This document shows positions 40,058 to 54,099 of a stretch of 64,000 nt of DNA, piece by piece. The first letter of the stretch is position 1. Each line of letters starts with the position of its first letter. The position numbers and the translations under genes were made by a program. The stretch comes from Octopus sinensis (lineage: Eukaryota), in NCBI RefSeq assembly GCF_006345805.1, contig NC_043006.1, positions 21,452,001-21,516,000 on the forward strand, read 5' to 3'. The notes below the pieces were generated by a model. That model ran no database searches. It saw only the letters and a list, made by a program, of their open reading frames with translations, and was not told the DNA's origin.

Positions 40058-40935
40058 AAGGCAGTGAACTGGCAGAATCGTTAGCACGCCGGACAAAATA
40101 CTTAGCGGCATTTCGTATGTCTTTACTTTCTGAGTTTAAATTCTGCCGAGTTCGACTTTGCTTTTCATCTTTTCGAGAACGATAAAATAAAAACCAGTTG
40201 AATACTGGGGTCTATGTAATTGCTGAAATTGCTGGCCTTGTGCTAAAATTTGAATTCAAATCTATGCTATCAACGCCATAACCAAGTTACGTGACGTTGT
40301 TTGGTTTTGAAGATACATAGCATTTATTTGACACGAGACCAGCAATTCCGGAAGAGGGATAAGCCGATGACATTGACCCCAGTACACAACTGGTACCTAT
40401 TTTATCGCCACCCTGTAATGTTGACAAGCAAAGATGCTCTCGGCAGAATTTGAACTCAGAACGTAAAGATGGACGAAATGCCACTAAGCACTTTGCCCGG
40501 TGTGCTAACGATTCTGCCAACTCACCGCCTTATTTATGATAAATATATTCTTTTCTACTCTAGGCACAAGGCTCGAAATTTTCTGGGAGGGGACCAGTCG
40601 ATTAGATCGACCCCAGTACGCAACTGGTACTTATTTTATCGACACCGAAAAGGATAAAAGGCAAGGACGGCCTCGGTGTTTTTTGAACCCAGTACGTAGA
40701 CAGACGAAATACCTATTTCTTTACTACCCACAAGGGGCTAAACACAAAGAAGACAAACAAGGACAGAAAAACGAATTAAGTTGATTATATCGACCCCAGT
40801 GCGTAACTGCTACTTATTTAAACGACCTCGAAAGGATGAAAGGCAAAGTCGAACTCGGCGGAATTTGAACTCAGAACGTAACGGCAGACGAAATATGGCT
40901 ACGCATTTCGCCCGGCGTGCTAACGATTCTGCCTT
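40058..40935. mobile_element. Cluster of SINE family M copies (40058-40255 +, 40320-40531 -, 40551-40935 - dimer)
   Basis: Family M head and core motifs present in both orientations. Confidence 0.85.
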
Positions 40936-41248
40936 AAATATATGTGACCTTGAATGCCTGATCTTTAATATACTTAACCTTCAATATACATATGATCTTG
41001 AATATATGTAACCTGAAATATCTGTGACTTTCAATGTACGTGACGTTCAAAATATATAACTTTTAATAAATATGACTCTGAATGAATGTGCATCTAAAAG
41101 ATATATACTCTCGAAATTTGATGAATGTTAAGTAAGAACAAAACAGCTCTTTGTGATCAATTTTCATTAAGTAAAACAATTTGGACTTCCTGCAAGGCAA
41201 TGATACATTGTAACGTGTATGACTTTACGCAGAATACTATTAGCAGAA

Positions 41249-41291
41249 TATCTATCATTATATATATAAATCATCACTATCATCGTCGTCG

Positions 41292-41335
<44 letters not shown>

Positions 41336-42862
41336 GTCGTCGTCGTCGTCGTCGTCGTCGTCATCATAATCATCGATATCGTAATCACCGTCATCATCAA
41401 CAGTGTTGTCGTCGTCGTCGTCGTCGTCGTCATAATTATCATCATCGGCGTTGTGGTCATCATTCTCGTGGTCAAAAGTCATCGTCGTCATCATAATTAT
41501 CATCATCATCATCACATTATCATTATTATCATCATCGCCACATTACCATTTTCATCATCATCATCATCATCTTCACATCGCCCTCGTCGTCAGGCAACGT
41601 CGTCATCGTCAACATCGTCGTCGTCGCTGTCGTCGTCGTCTGCATCAACATCATCATCATCATCAACCACCACCCACCACCACCACCAACACCACCACCA
41701 ACCACCACCACCACCACCAACCACCACCACCACCACCACCAACGACGATGATAGTGATGATTTATATATAATGATAGATATAAATTCCGGGCTGCATATT
41801 TTTTGTTACTGCAATTATAGCTGTCATAAATTTTGTTCGTTTTGCTAATCTTTTGGCTGTTGTATTTATTGCTGTTGTGATGGTGGTGGTGGTGGTGGTG
41901 GTGGTGGTGGTGGTGGTGGGTGGTGGTTGATGATGATGATGTTGATGCAGACGACGACGAGAATGACGATGTTGACGATGACGACGATGCTGACGACGAG
42001 GGCGATGAAGATGATGATGATGATGAAAATGGTAATGTGGCGATGATGATAATTATGATGACGACGATGACTTTTGACCACGAGAATGATGACCACAACG
42101 CCGATGATGATAATTATGACGACGACGACGACGACAACAATGTTGATGATGACGCTGATTACGATATCGATGATGACGATGACGACGACGATGATGATGA
42201 TGATGATGATAAGATGGATGATGATGATGAGATGAAGATGATGATGATGATGATTATGATGATGAAGATGATTGATGATGATGATGATGTGATTATGAGG
42301 ATGATGATGACGACGATGATGATGATGATGAGGATGATGATGATGATGATGATTATGATGAGAGATGATGATGATATGATGATGATGATGATGATGATAA
42401 TGATGATGATATGATGATGACGATGATGATGATGATGATGATGACGATGATGGTGATGATGATATATGATGACGATGACGACGATGACGACGACGATGAT
42501 GATTGATGATATGATGATGATGATGATGATATGATGATGAGAATGATTATGATGATGATGATGATGATGATGAAGATGATGATGATGATGATGATGAAGA
42601 TGAATTATGATGATGATGATGATGATTATGATGATGATGATGATGATGATGAAGTGATGATGATGATGATGATATGATGATGAATGATGATGATGATGAT
42701 GAAGATGATGATGATGATGTATGATGATTATGATATGATGATGATGATGAAGATGATGATGATGATGATGATGATGAATGATGATGATGATGATATGATG
42801 ATGATGAGATGATGATGACGACGATGATGATGATGATGATGATGATGAATGATGATGATGAA

Positions 42863-42895
<33 letters not shown>

Positions 42896-43031
42896 ATGAT
42901 GATGACGTGATGATGATGATGATGATGACGATGATGGTGATGATGATGATGATGATGACGATGACGACGACGACGACGACGATGATGATTGATGATGATG
43001 ATGATGATGATGATGATGACGACGATGATAG

Positions 43032-43071
<40 letters not shown>

Positions 43072-43171
43072 AGTGATGATGATGATGACGACGATGATAG
43101 TGATGATGATAATTATGACGGCGACGACGACAACAATGTTGATGATGACGGTGATTACGATATCGACGATG

Positions 43172-43202
<31 letters not shown>

Positions 43203-43390
43203 TGATGATGAGGATGATGATGATGATGATGATGATGACGACGATGACGACGACGACGGCGATGATGATGAAGATGATGATGATGATGATGATGACAATG
43301 ACGATGATGATGATGATGACGATGACGACGATGATGATAATGATGATGATGATGTTAATGACAACGACGACGATACCACTGCTGCCGATG
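41249..43390. repeat. Compound (CAT/CGT/CAC)n then (GGT/GAT/GAC)n region with a large inverted duplication
   Basis: Unique islands such as GGCGTTGTGGTCATCATTCTCGTGGTCAAAAGTC recur as exact reverse complement near 42070-42103. Confidence 0.9.
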
Positions 43391-44573
43391 CTGCTACATA
43401 TTCAAATCGGTAGTAGTCGTTGGCCACATCTTCAGTATAGTTTCAAACACGAACACACGCTGATTGTCAGCGTTTAGTCATATGGCCATTATCACTAGCT
43501 GAGCAGGCCTGCAAATCAGAGGCATTCCAGCTATGACCATCACCTTTTTTTTTTTTTTCTTTTTCAGAAATATCGAACGGCCTTGTTTAATGTGTCGATT
43601 GTCTTATAAAGACCTTGGGTGTAGTTTGAAGGCATAATTTGATTCATTTCCTATTTCTTGTTGATCTAATGACCACATAAAGTCTGCCCTTTCACAAGAT
43701 GAATACTTGAGACTTACAATGTTACACTCCGATTCTTTCACTTCTATAATGTACAATGCTTAATTAATTATGGCAGTTTCATTTAGTAATTAATGTTGCT
43801 TTCTTTTAAGTCAAAAGTTCGTTGTGCTTACAATAGCAATAACTGTTAAAAGTTCTCTAACAATTCCATATCTAATAGATAAATGGGAAATAGACACTTT
43901 ATCGAAATCTCTTCAGGGAGAATTATCTAGCTTTCACTAAACATTACGTAAACCGCAGAATGTTCTTATCGGAGCTCTTAGGCTTATTGTTGCTGCTAGT
44001 GTTGTTGTTATTGTTGTTATGGCTATTGCGATTTTTACGTTGTCGTAATAATTTCTCTGCTATTCTTCTGGGTGTTTTTACCGCTGGTTGTTTTTTTTTT
44101 TTTTGCTTTCTTTTGTTTCGTCTTTGTTTTTGTTTTTTGTTTTTTGTTTTGTTTTGTTTTGTTTTTACAACTATCTTTGTATTTTATTTCCTTGTTGCAC
44201 ATCTTCTGTGTTTGCAATCATATCTGTTATGAAATTTTGTTCTTTTTTGTTATGCTTGAAGTTGATGTGTTGTAGTTGTTGTTTTATGATGATGATGATG
44301 ATGATGATGATGATATGATGATGATGATGATGGTGATGGTCTTGGTGGTGGTGGTTGTGGTGCCGGGGATTATAATGATGATGATAACGTTACTGTTGCT
44401 GCTGTTGCACTTTCAAATCAGGATTAGTCGTTAGTCTCATCAGTGCCGCATCATGCTTTGATACATGGTTAAGAAGATTAGGAATAGGAATCGCTAAGCA
44501 ACAGAATACCCGTCATATATATATATATATATTATATATTGTTAGACATGGCCGAACCTATCAAAGTATCAAA

Positions 44574-44612
<39 letters not shown>

Positions 44613-44614
<2 letters not shown>

Positions 44615-44795
44615 TAATCCAAACAAGAAAGCACAAAAAAAAACACAACAACGCGAGGACGTGGAACAAATATAGTATTATTGGACGCTCAGGAAAGAAG
44701 GAGGGTTTAACGTTTCGACAGAGCTCTTCGTCGGAAACATAGGAGAAGGAAAGATCCAGAGATGGGAAGACAGAGGGAAAAAAATCGCCAACGGT
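44613..44795 (-). mobile_element. (TA)n-embedded element family A copy
   Basis: Reverse complement of 21471-21658; motif at 44705-44738. Confidence 0.7.
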
Positions 44796-44810
44796 TGATA
44801 TTATATATAT

Positions 44811-44855
<45 letters not shown>

Positions 44856-44860
44856 AGTAT

Positions 44861-44898
<38 letters not shown>

Positions 44899-44929
44899 GA
44901 GAGCGGAGAGGGAGAGGAGGAGAGAGAGC

Positions 44930-44968
<39 letters not shown>

Positions 44969-47108
44969 GCTCTGTCAAGAAGTAGGTTTTTTGTCTATTT
45001 TAACTAGTGTACATAGAACGAATGAAGAATTTATACTGCAAAGTTTGGTCTTCTTTATAGAATTTCTACTAATATTCAAAAATGTAAAAATAGTCGAGAT
45101 ATCGGGTTTGTTTTAGTAGGCAAAAATCTTTAACTCATTCTATAATGCAAAGCTTCCTATTTTACAGCGATCTGGAGTTAAAATCTTCCATCACAATTTC
45201 ATGCTAATGCATGCTCCCAAATACCTGTTTAATGCAACTGTTAAATTCATTTCATATTCAAAAGTAATTACAACAAAGGTAGTGTGTGTGTGAATGAAAA
45301 AATGGCATAAAAGAGAATTTAGATTGGAACGCATGTATATTTTTAAATGAATACGATAGAGCACTGTGGACAGCACCAAAATGGAGACACTGTTTCATTA
45401 TAGAGCTCCGAAAAATCGCTGGTCAGACATTATGTTGTTTACTCCTGTGAGTTCAATACATCAGTGATTTGTTTGTTTAACGGGAATAACATTTTCATTG
45501 ATAGCTGGAGGGGAAGAAAATTGAAACCTTCATTAACAGTGATTGCGGCTTGGGATAATGTGTTATGCTATGTGTTTTTTTGTCTGAGATCATGTAACAT
45601 TGAAAAAAAATTAAGAGTATAGAGAATGTCATTGAACAGTATGATAAGAAAAAAACTGTGTAGCTTAATGGAGACATTTGAAAGGATTTTCCTATTTATC
45701 AAGTATTTCGATGGCATGTAGAAGAACGTAAAAAGCTCTGCTATTCGGTATTATTATTTGTTAGTTCCAGCAGACACAGTAAAATATAATAAAGTATTGT
45801 GATTCCCTAACCATTCATGTACTGGTAGGAGACTATTACATTTCTGAGTACAATAATTTTTGAACTTTCGTCTATTGTTTTCTTTTAAAACAAAAGATTC
45901 CAGGTTAAGGAAAGATGTTATCAATTGTTCAATTAATTATTATGTATAGTATGTAATGCATGATAAAAATCATTGTTGCATATACGTGCATATATCTTTT
46001 GATGTCGTTATCGTGCCATAGGATAAAATCAAGGAACAGATAAAGACATTCATGTTGTTAATGGTTTTCTATAATGTTTTAACGATCAGTGTTCTGTTTA
46101 ATGGTGAATATCAAATATTGCCACACTTGTAGCTTTCCTTTGATTTCTTTTCCTTGCATAATTTAAAGCGATCTTTGGATCATTTATTTCACCATTTTTA
46201 TGTTTAATGGTGCAAAGTCTGGTCCGAGGTTGCCCTGTGTTTGTATCACATCAGCAATATAGTTGCTTTGGTTTCTGTTTTTTTTTGTTTTTTTTTTTAT
46301 ATTGTCTCCCAAAATGATTTCCTTAAAAGCATCTAAATAATCTATTTATAGAAAATATGAAAGTTGATAACGAAATCAGTGAATTTGGCGGGTTTGATTT
46401 TTGATTTTTGATTTTTGATTTTCCTGAAGAGGTGAGGAAATCATTTCACTGAATCAATTTTTTTTCTGGTTACTTTGCAAATTCATTGATTCATTGTGTA
46501 GTCTTTGAGAATGTTCTTGTGCGTGTATCTGCCAGAAGAGTAATGGTCAATGAAGATATGAAAGAAGATTTATTGGGTGATTTTGTAGGTGAGGACCCTG
46601 CAGAAAGTTAACGATCTCATTCGATAAATTATTGTAATATCATCGGTGTATTGTTATATTACTGCTGTGCATTGACCATTAAAACTAATTCTTTAATATT
46701 TTATATTCTATTGAAAGTTTTTCGATTGTGTATAGCATTAAGTAGCGAAGCATTCTGTATACATTTAGAGGCTGGACACGGATACTTCATTCTGTACACA
46801 TGTCAAGACAGGTGGAATCTCTCCTGGTACGACAGACTTCGTTTTAATTCGACTCCGCACTTTTAGACGGGTTAAATAACATTACAACTATTGTAAATTT
46901 AGAGGTATAGAAACACGCACAGTTGTGTGCGTGTATGTGCATGAGTATATGAATAGGTGTGTACGTGTGTGTGCGTGTGTGTGCATGCATGTGTGTATAG
47001 GTATATATTAAGGAAAATGGAAGAAGAGTAACGCGAACACATTATAGAAAATATTCATTTTGTTTCTAAGTGACAATAACAAAAGTTATATACATACACA
47101 CATATATG

Positions 47109-47340
47109 TTTCTTTACTACCCACAAGGGGCTAAACATAGAGGGGGCAAACAAGAACAGACAAACGAATTTAAGTCGATTACATCGACCCTAGTACGTAA
47201 CTAGTACTTAATTTATCGACCCCGAAAGGATAAAAGGCAAAGTCGACCTCGGCGGAATTTGAACTCGGAACGTTACGGTAGACGAAATACGGCTACGCAT
47301 TTCGCCCGGCGTGCTAACGGTTCTGCCAGCTCGCCGCCTT
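47109..47340 (-). mobile_element. SINE family M, full length
   Basis: Ends GCCAGCTCGCCGCCTT; colinear with 16057-16289. Confidence 0.9.
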
Positions 47341-47470
47341 GGTCATGTCTTTCCATTATTTCTTTCCTTAACCCAATACACATCAACCGCCTATTCTTGC
47401 CAGCACTCCTTCACATTCACTTTCTTCGGACCCATGGTTGGAAAAACAAAATATATGTGTGTTTGTGTAT

Positions 47471-47519
<49 letters not shown>

Positions 47520-47541
47520 CGTGTGCGCGCGTGTGTGTGTA

Positions 47542-50323
47542 CATTGGTACCTTTTCTTACAAGTGCCCGAACTAACGAGTTTTCTATACACGAGCCGTCT
47601 CTCGGCCGATTATTTTGCTTCAGGTTGCGAGCTAAAATTAGGGCTACGAGCCAGCTTTAGATACACTCCCGCCGCTAGTTGTCGTAGCGAATGTCACAGT
47701 GAACGCCATAACATCTGCCCAGCATCCCGTGCCTCACTCTATAGCTAGACAGACATGCACGTTAGCAAGTGCGAAGATCGTTGGTGGATCGTTAGCTAGA
47801 CGGGTGATAAAATGACTACTTAGTCGTTGCAAGCTACAGAAGCATAAGTGTTGTGCTCGCAATTATTTTGTAAAATTTTGTTTTTTCCAACCATGGGTCC
47901 GAAGAAAGTGAATGTGTAGGAGTGCTGGCAAGAATAGGCGGTTGATGTGTATTGGGTTAAGGAAAGAAATTATGGAAAGACATGACCAAGGTATGCGTGT
48001 AGCCGATTTGGCGTAGCACTTCTATGATCTGCACTATACTGAAACAGGAGTCGATAAAGGCTATAACGCCCACCAAGGGCGTTAAAATAGTTTTTAAACA
48101 GCGGTCATCTATCCATGAAAATATGGGGAAGCTACTGGCATGATTAAGAGAGAAGCAGCTCGCACGAGATACCGTGACGGAGGCTATAATCTACGAGAAG
48201 GCACAAGCTATTTACGCTGATTCGCTGAAGCAGACCCCCCCCCCCAGGCACTTGCCCTAACGAGGCATTGGATGAATCGTTTCAAGTCAGTCGGGCTGGT
48301 TTGAGAATTTTAAAAAGAGGACCGGCATTCACTCCTTTATCAGGCATGGTGAGGCAGCGAGCGCGGATATGAAGGCAGATGACGATTACCTCAGAACTCT
48401 TGCCGGAATTCTAGCAGCCGAAGGATACATCCTTCAGCAACTGTGACGAGGCAGTGCTTTATTAGAAGACGATGCCAAGGAGGATTCATATAATGGCAGA
48501 GGAGAACAGGATACCAGCTCGCAATCCCATGAAGGACAGGCTAACTCACGCACTGTGTGCCAATGTGACTGGCGACTACAAGATTAAGCCGCTGCTCATT
48601 TATGGTTCGAAAAACCCCAGAGCCTTTAAGTCGCATAAGATTCTAAAAGAAAAACTGCAGGATGTGGAGGGAAAACTCGAGGACGTGGGTCACCAGGCAG
48701 TTTTTTGTGGAGTGGGTGAATTTGGTCTTTGGTCCTGACGTTAAGAAATATCTTCAAGAAAATAATCTACCCCTGCAAGCCCTTCTCGTCCTGGACACTG
48801 CACCTGCTCACCCATCTAAACTCGAAAATGACATCCTCGAAAAGTTCAAGTTTATAAAGGTTCTCTACCTTCCACCCAACACCACCCCTACCCTGCAGCC
48901 CATGGACCAGCAGATGATTTCTAATTTCACCAAGTACCTGTTCCGCCGCTGCTCTGAGGTGACAGAGAGCACAGACTTCACCCTTCGAAAGTTCTGGAAG
49001 GACCACTATAACATCGTGATATGCCCCAGAATTATCGATATGGCCTGGCAAGGTGTTACAATGAGGACATTGACCTCTGCGTGGAAGAACCCGTGGCCTG
49101 AGATTATGTCTGAAACGTACTTTGAAAGACTTGAACCCGAAGCGGCAGTGGTGGAAAGATTGTATCCCTCGACAAGTCCATGAGCCTGGACATGGATGAA
49201 GGTGACATCACCAAGCTCATCGAGGATCATTCTGAGGAACTGACAACAAACAGAAGAGCTAAAGGAGTTACTAACGCAGCAGCACACGGAGATTTTGCAG
49301 GAAATAGATGACGCGGTGGAAGCAGAAGAGGTTATCTCTACAATGTGATAAAGGAAATGTTGGGGTTGTGTGAGAAGCATTCAGACTTTGTTCAAAAGAA
49401 ACACCCAGAACAAGTTACAACTGGACGTGCGACGGCGCTATTTAACAACACTTGCCTAACTCATTTCAGAAACATTCTGAAAGGGAGGATGAAACAGACC
49501 TCATTGGACTGTTTTTTTATGGAAAACTCCTGCAGATGAAAGTGAGGAAAGTGTAGCGAAGGGGGCAAAAATCAGTGAATAAGCGTCAGTTATCCAGTAG
49601 AGCCTTTCTCCTCCACCTCCGTCAGCATCAAGTCGTCTGATGTCCAAGGCAAATGTTGCACATTATCTTTATATATAAAACTGTAGTTGTGTGAGTGTCT
49701 GTCCCCTTCGATTTAGATTCCTAACTACTCCCACATTTTGCGGTGCAGTTTAACCAAAACCGGGTATCTTATAGTCGTGATTCATATCGAGCCCTTCTGG
49801 GTATTAGCGCGCGTCTACGATGAGTCTACGATTTAAAAAAAAATTACCGTCATTTTTTCCATTTTAATGCATTTTTTTCGCTATTATATAAGGGAAGTAA
49901 CTCTCTAAAAATGTCTACGATGAGTCAACGATTTAAAAAAAAAATTACCATCATTTTTTTTCCATTTTTGATGCATTTTTTGCTATTTTCTGGCTATAAC
50001 TCTCTAAAAATGCTTATATAGTTATTTCCCTTACAAACCCGAGCAACGCCGGGTGATACTGCTAGTACTTAATAAAACCTGTCTATTACACTACATTCTA
50101 TTGTATTGTTTTTTTTATACAATATTCGTTATTTGTAAGTACATTTTTCTTATTTAAAAACCTGTAACAAAAAGAATTGGGGTGGTTTTTTTTTGGTGGG
50201 GCGGGGAACGGATTAATGGCATTTCAATTCATTTCGATGGGGAAAATTGATTGGACATACGAATAATTCGAGTTACGAGCTCCGTCACGGAACGAATTAA
50301 ACTCGTAAATCTAGGCACCACTG
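47542..50323 (+). mobile_element. Tigger/pogo-family DNA transposon, near full length, with decayed transposase (about 47893-49580)
   Basis: TA|CATTGGTACC...GGCACCACTG|TA termini; MGPKKV start, CENP-B-like HTH (GWFENFKKRTGIHS..RHGEAASAD), NCDE, KDRLT..LCANVTGD, LVLDTAPAHP, LPPNTTPTLQPMDQQMI. Confidence 0.92.
49666..50065 (+). mobile_element. Non-autonomous Helitron nested in the Tigger element
   Basis: A|TCTTTATATATAAAAC start, CCCGAGCAACGCCGGG hairpin, CTAG|T end. Confidence 0.87.
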
Positions 50324-50420
50324 TATATATACATACATATACATATATGTATATGGAGAGAGAGTAAAAGAGAGAGAAAGAGAAAGAGAGAGAGAGGGAG
50401 GTATGCATATATATATATAA

Positions 50421-50452
<32 letters not shown>

Positions 50453-50842
50453 GTACGTAAATAATATACAAACATATATTTATGTATACATATGTGTGTA
50501 TGTATGCTTGTGTGTATGTGTGTTCAAATGTACGTTTATGCATGTATATGCTTACATATTTTATGAAGAATGAAACATAAAAAGAGTCAAACATTAATTA
50601 AAGAAACAGCCCATTAGATTACATAATTTATTTTTCGGAACAAGAATTTGGCAGGGATTTCAGAGTTTCGTCGAGAACTGGCTTCCTTAAGCTGCTGTTT
50701 CTTAAGTATTTTCTACTAGTCAAATGTTTTGGTTAACATTCTTAGTGGAATGTAATGAGTTCAATGTATGCAGGGTCTATAAAATCATAGATTTTAAAGT
50801 AAAGAAAAGTTGGATAGAAAATTATAATAATAATAATAATAA

Positions 50843-51345
50843 AATGGAAGAATTCCAGTGAAAAGCGACAGAAATATCCAGGCTAATTGTCCAGAAATAG
50901 TCATTAAAGACAGTGAAGAAAATACTTGTACCGAAATAGGCACAAGTGTTCCCACTGATAAAAAATATATATGTAAAGGAATTTGATAAATTAAGTAAAT
51001 ATAAGGACCTGGAAATTGAAATGCAAAAGATGTGACATCTTAAATGGAGAAGTGTTCCTATTATTTTGAGTGCCCTAGGTATGATAAGAAAGGGAAGTCA
51101 GAAACGTCTAGACAGTATCCCAGGAGAAGCATGTCTCAAAGAAATCTAAAAAATTGGGCTGACATGTACTGCGCACACCCTTAGAAAAATCCTATCAATT
51201 TAAATGTGCTGTATTACATGTATATTACACTCCTGCTCCTGTCACTTGCCCTCCCCAAGTTGTCAGCCATACTGTAACATCTCTTATCCTAGGATGCAGG
51301 GTATGTCTTGGTGAATGATTGTAACAAACATGCATATTAAAAGTA
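50843..51345 (+). mobile_element. 5'-truncated R4/Dong-like LINE (RLE domain + 3' UTR) between (AAT)n tracts
   Basis: SDRNIQANCPEIVIKD..SVPTD..KEFDKLSKYKDLEIEMQKM*HL..VPIILSALG..TAHTLRKILSI*; (AAT)n on both sides. Confidence 0.8.
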
Positions 51346-51396
51346 AATAATAATAATAATAATAGTAATAATAATAATAAAATAATAATAATAATA

Positions 51397-51437
<41 letters not shown>

Positions 51438-51455
51438 TAAAGATAATAATAATAA

Positions 51456-52027
51456 ATGGCCTGATGCAGTAAATGCCCTGATGCAGTACCAGGCAGTGGC
51501 TCTCATGGCTTCTGATCTTAACTGATTGAAAGTGTGATCATGTACATTGTTTTGTCTTGGTATAAAAGATGGGCTACAGCAAATATTCTGCTCAATACCA
51601 CAGATTTGCTTGTCAGTTGTTTGACCTTAACCAGTTGAAGCTGTGCCTTAGAGGCTGACGTTATGTGCATCGTCGATCACGAGCAGAAGTAGTGGGGGAG
51701 CATCATAGCCATGTGTTGAGAAGGATTATTTGGGGTTTGGACAATTCACCTCTGGAAACATGGGTGTTCCGTTCAACATTCTTAAACAACCCTTGTTCAA
51801 GGACCTTTTGAGCAGGATGGGCTACTCCACCTGATGAAAATTGTAACTGGGCCCCACCTGCAAGGTCATGGGCTGTTTATCTTGATATGAGATTACCATA
51901 TCGCGGACATATGCTGTGATGCATGAGCCTGGTGTACCCTTATCAGACGGGTAGTCATGATGGGTATACTTGGTTTTATATATTTTACCCCAATGTCATT
52001 TTGATTGCATGCACTGCTCTCTCATTC
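51456..52027 (+). mobile_element. Unclassified (AAT)n-embedded retroposon-like repeat, copy 2
   Basis: Colinear with 13387-13873, with about 85 extra 5' bases. Confidence 0.75.
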
Positions 52028-52252
52028 AATAATAATAATAATAATAACAACAACAACAGCGATGACGACAACGACGATGATGATGATGATGATGATGTTG
52101 AGAATTCTTTTTCGGTTATCGAGTAGATGAATAAGAGAAAAAAAACTATACTGAATTTGAGCTAAGCTCTTTTGAATGGATAAAAACTGGAAGAACCTTT
52201 TCTTCTTCCTCTTCTCTTCCTCTTCTTCTTCTTCTTCTTCTTCTTCTCTTCT

Positions 52253-52287
<35 letters not shown>

Positions 52288-52380
52288 TTTTCTTTTTCTT
52301 CTTCTTCTTCTTCATTTTTCGTCTTCATTCTTCTTTTCTTATTTCTCTTCTTCTTCCTTCCCCACTTATTATCATCATCG

Positions 52381-52420
<40 letters not shown>

Positions 52421-52983
52421 TGTTTTGTTATTGATTATTGTTTTCTATTGTTGTTTCTATTGTTATTATATGTATTATTATCATCATCATTACTACTACT
52501 ACTATTTACCTTCGTCCGCTTCCTTCTCTTTTTACAAGTTTTTCATGCATTCAGACATTTTAGCTCAAATTTAGTTTAATTTATTTTTTATTTTTATTAT
52601 CCTTCCTCTCAAAAATCATCTATAATATGTTTTTATAATTCAAACTTTACGATCATTATTTTTCTTTCTTTTTTTTTTTTACTTCTGAAAGATATTACTT
52701 TATAAACTATGCTGACATCGCACGCACTGTATTACATCGCCCACAAGTCAAACACGAACATATTGCCAGTATCTAAGACTAGAGAAGTTATAGTCTGAAG
52801 ATGCCAACTCCATCAAAACGTCGGCGTCTACGACAAACTTTTGCAATCTATCATTCCATTTATCCATCCATCTATCCATCCATCCATACATACATAAATA
52901 CATACATACATACATACATACATACATACACACACACATAAATGTATATACATGCAAAATCTAGATATATATAGATGTATATG

Positions 52984-53015
<32 letters not shown>

Positions 53016-53059
53016 CATACATATATATATATGCACAACAAATATATATATATATATAT

Positions 53060-54070
53060 ACTTTATTTTAAGCAGCAGAAATTCAACAAAATCTGTACTC
53101 TGAGTTTCTCGTTGCCAGTCATCAGACAGTTTTTGCTAGAATGGAACTATATATTAATTCAATCTATACTCTTACAACGCTACACCCTTTAAAAATAAAT
53201 GGACTTGTTTGATGGGCCCTTTAGAAAAAACGGTCAATTTCGAGCGATAACAAAAGGTCAAAATTAATGTATTATATATAAAAAAACTTATAAAATTATA
53301 AATCCGAGGAAAAACCGAGGAAAAACCTATTGCCGTTAATGACGACAGTGCAAATTAATGCATAGAATTAAACCTGTATAAAACTACTGCAATACATATT
53401 TATATTAAAATCTACATATATAATCAACATACACAAAAGGATGCGTAAACGCCATACATACATATACAGACGTATGAATATGAATCTAAATATACCCATA
53501 ACTCATGGTACATATATTCACGCAAACCGTCTCGCACGCAAGCTAAAATTCATCTATGTAGCAATTCTCATATACTGAGCCAGGAGGGGGAACGAACGAA
53601 AGGGAGAGAGAGAAAAAAGGAACGAAGGAGGGGTGGGGAAAAACTTGTAAGAGGTTATTGGCATCTATAGAGACGCAGTATACATACACCGTATGTGTAT
53701 ATACACATAGATCCCCTCTTAAATCTGGGAAGGTAGTCTAAAAGAATAAACATCTCGGTGAGTGGCGAAATAATCCCAAGTAGACCCTGTCTATATAAAA
53801 ATATTAAAGAAGGACTAGTCGGTTACTCCCTTAATTCCACTTAACAGAGGAAGTACAAATCGGCATTAAGAAACTTAGTCGTAGAAACGTTGATGGAAAA
53901 GTTGATGGAAAAGGGATGAGTAAATTTTACGTTGTAAGATTAACAAATGTTACGTATGATCTAACTCTGGAAACCCGGAGAGCCAGTAAAATACGAAAGG
54001 GCTGGAAAGAAGTTATAGTAATATCATTATATAAAAACAAGTTTTACGAGAGGTTTGAGGAAATTATAGT
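53060..54070 (-). mobile_element. Probable decayed Penelope-like element with hammerhead-like motif at 53091-53130
   Basis: Minus strand CTGT CTGATGA CTGGCAACGA GAAA CTCAGAG TA CAG close to AATAAA and (TA)n; only faint RT-like residue upstream. Confidence 0.45.
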
Positions 54071-54099
54071 GTAATATTACTACTTTTTGCTGCAAGAAA

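Noticed and set aside
41125-43477. Poly-His/Asp/Met protein-coding ORFs (also 6831-7301)
   Set aside because: They are translations of trinucleotide microsatellites, open in several frames and on both strands.
45000-46900. Host exons in the long non-repetitive AT-rich stretch
   Set aside because: No convincing ORF or recognisable protein; faint minus-strand endonuclease-like residue suggests old LINE decay but is too weak to call.
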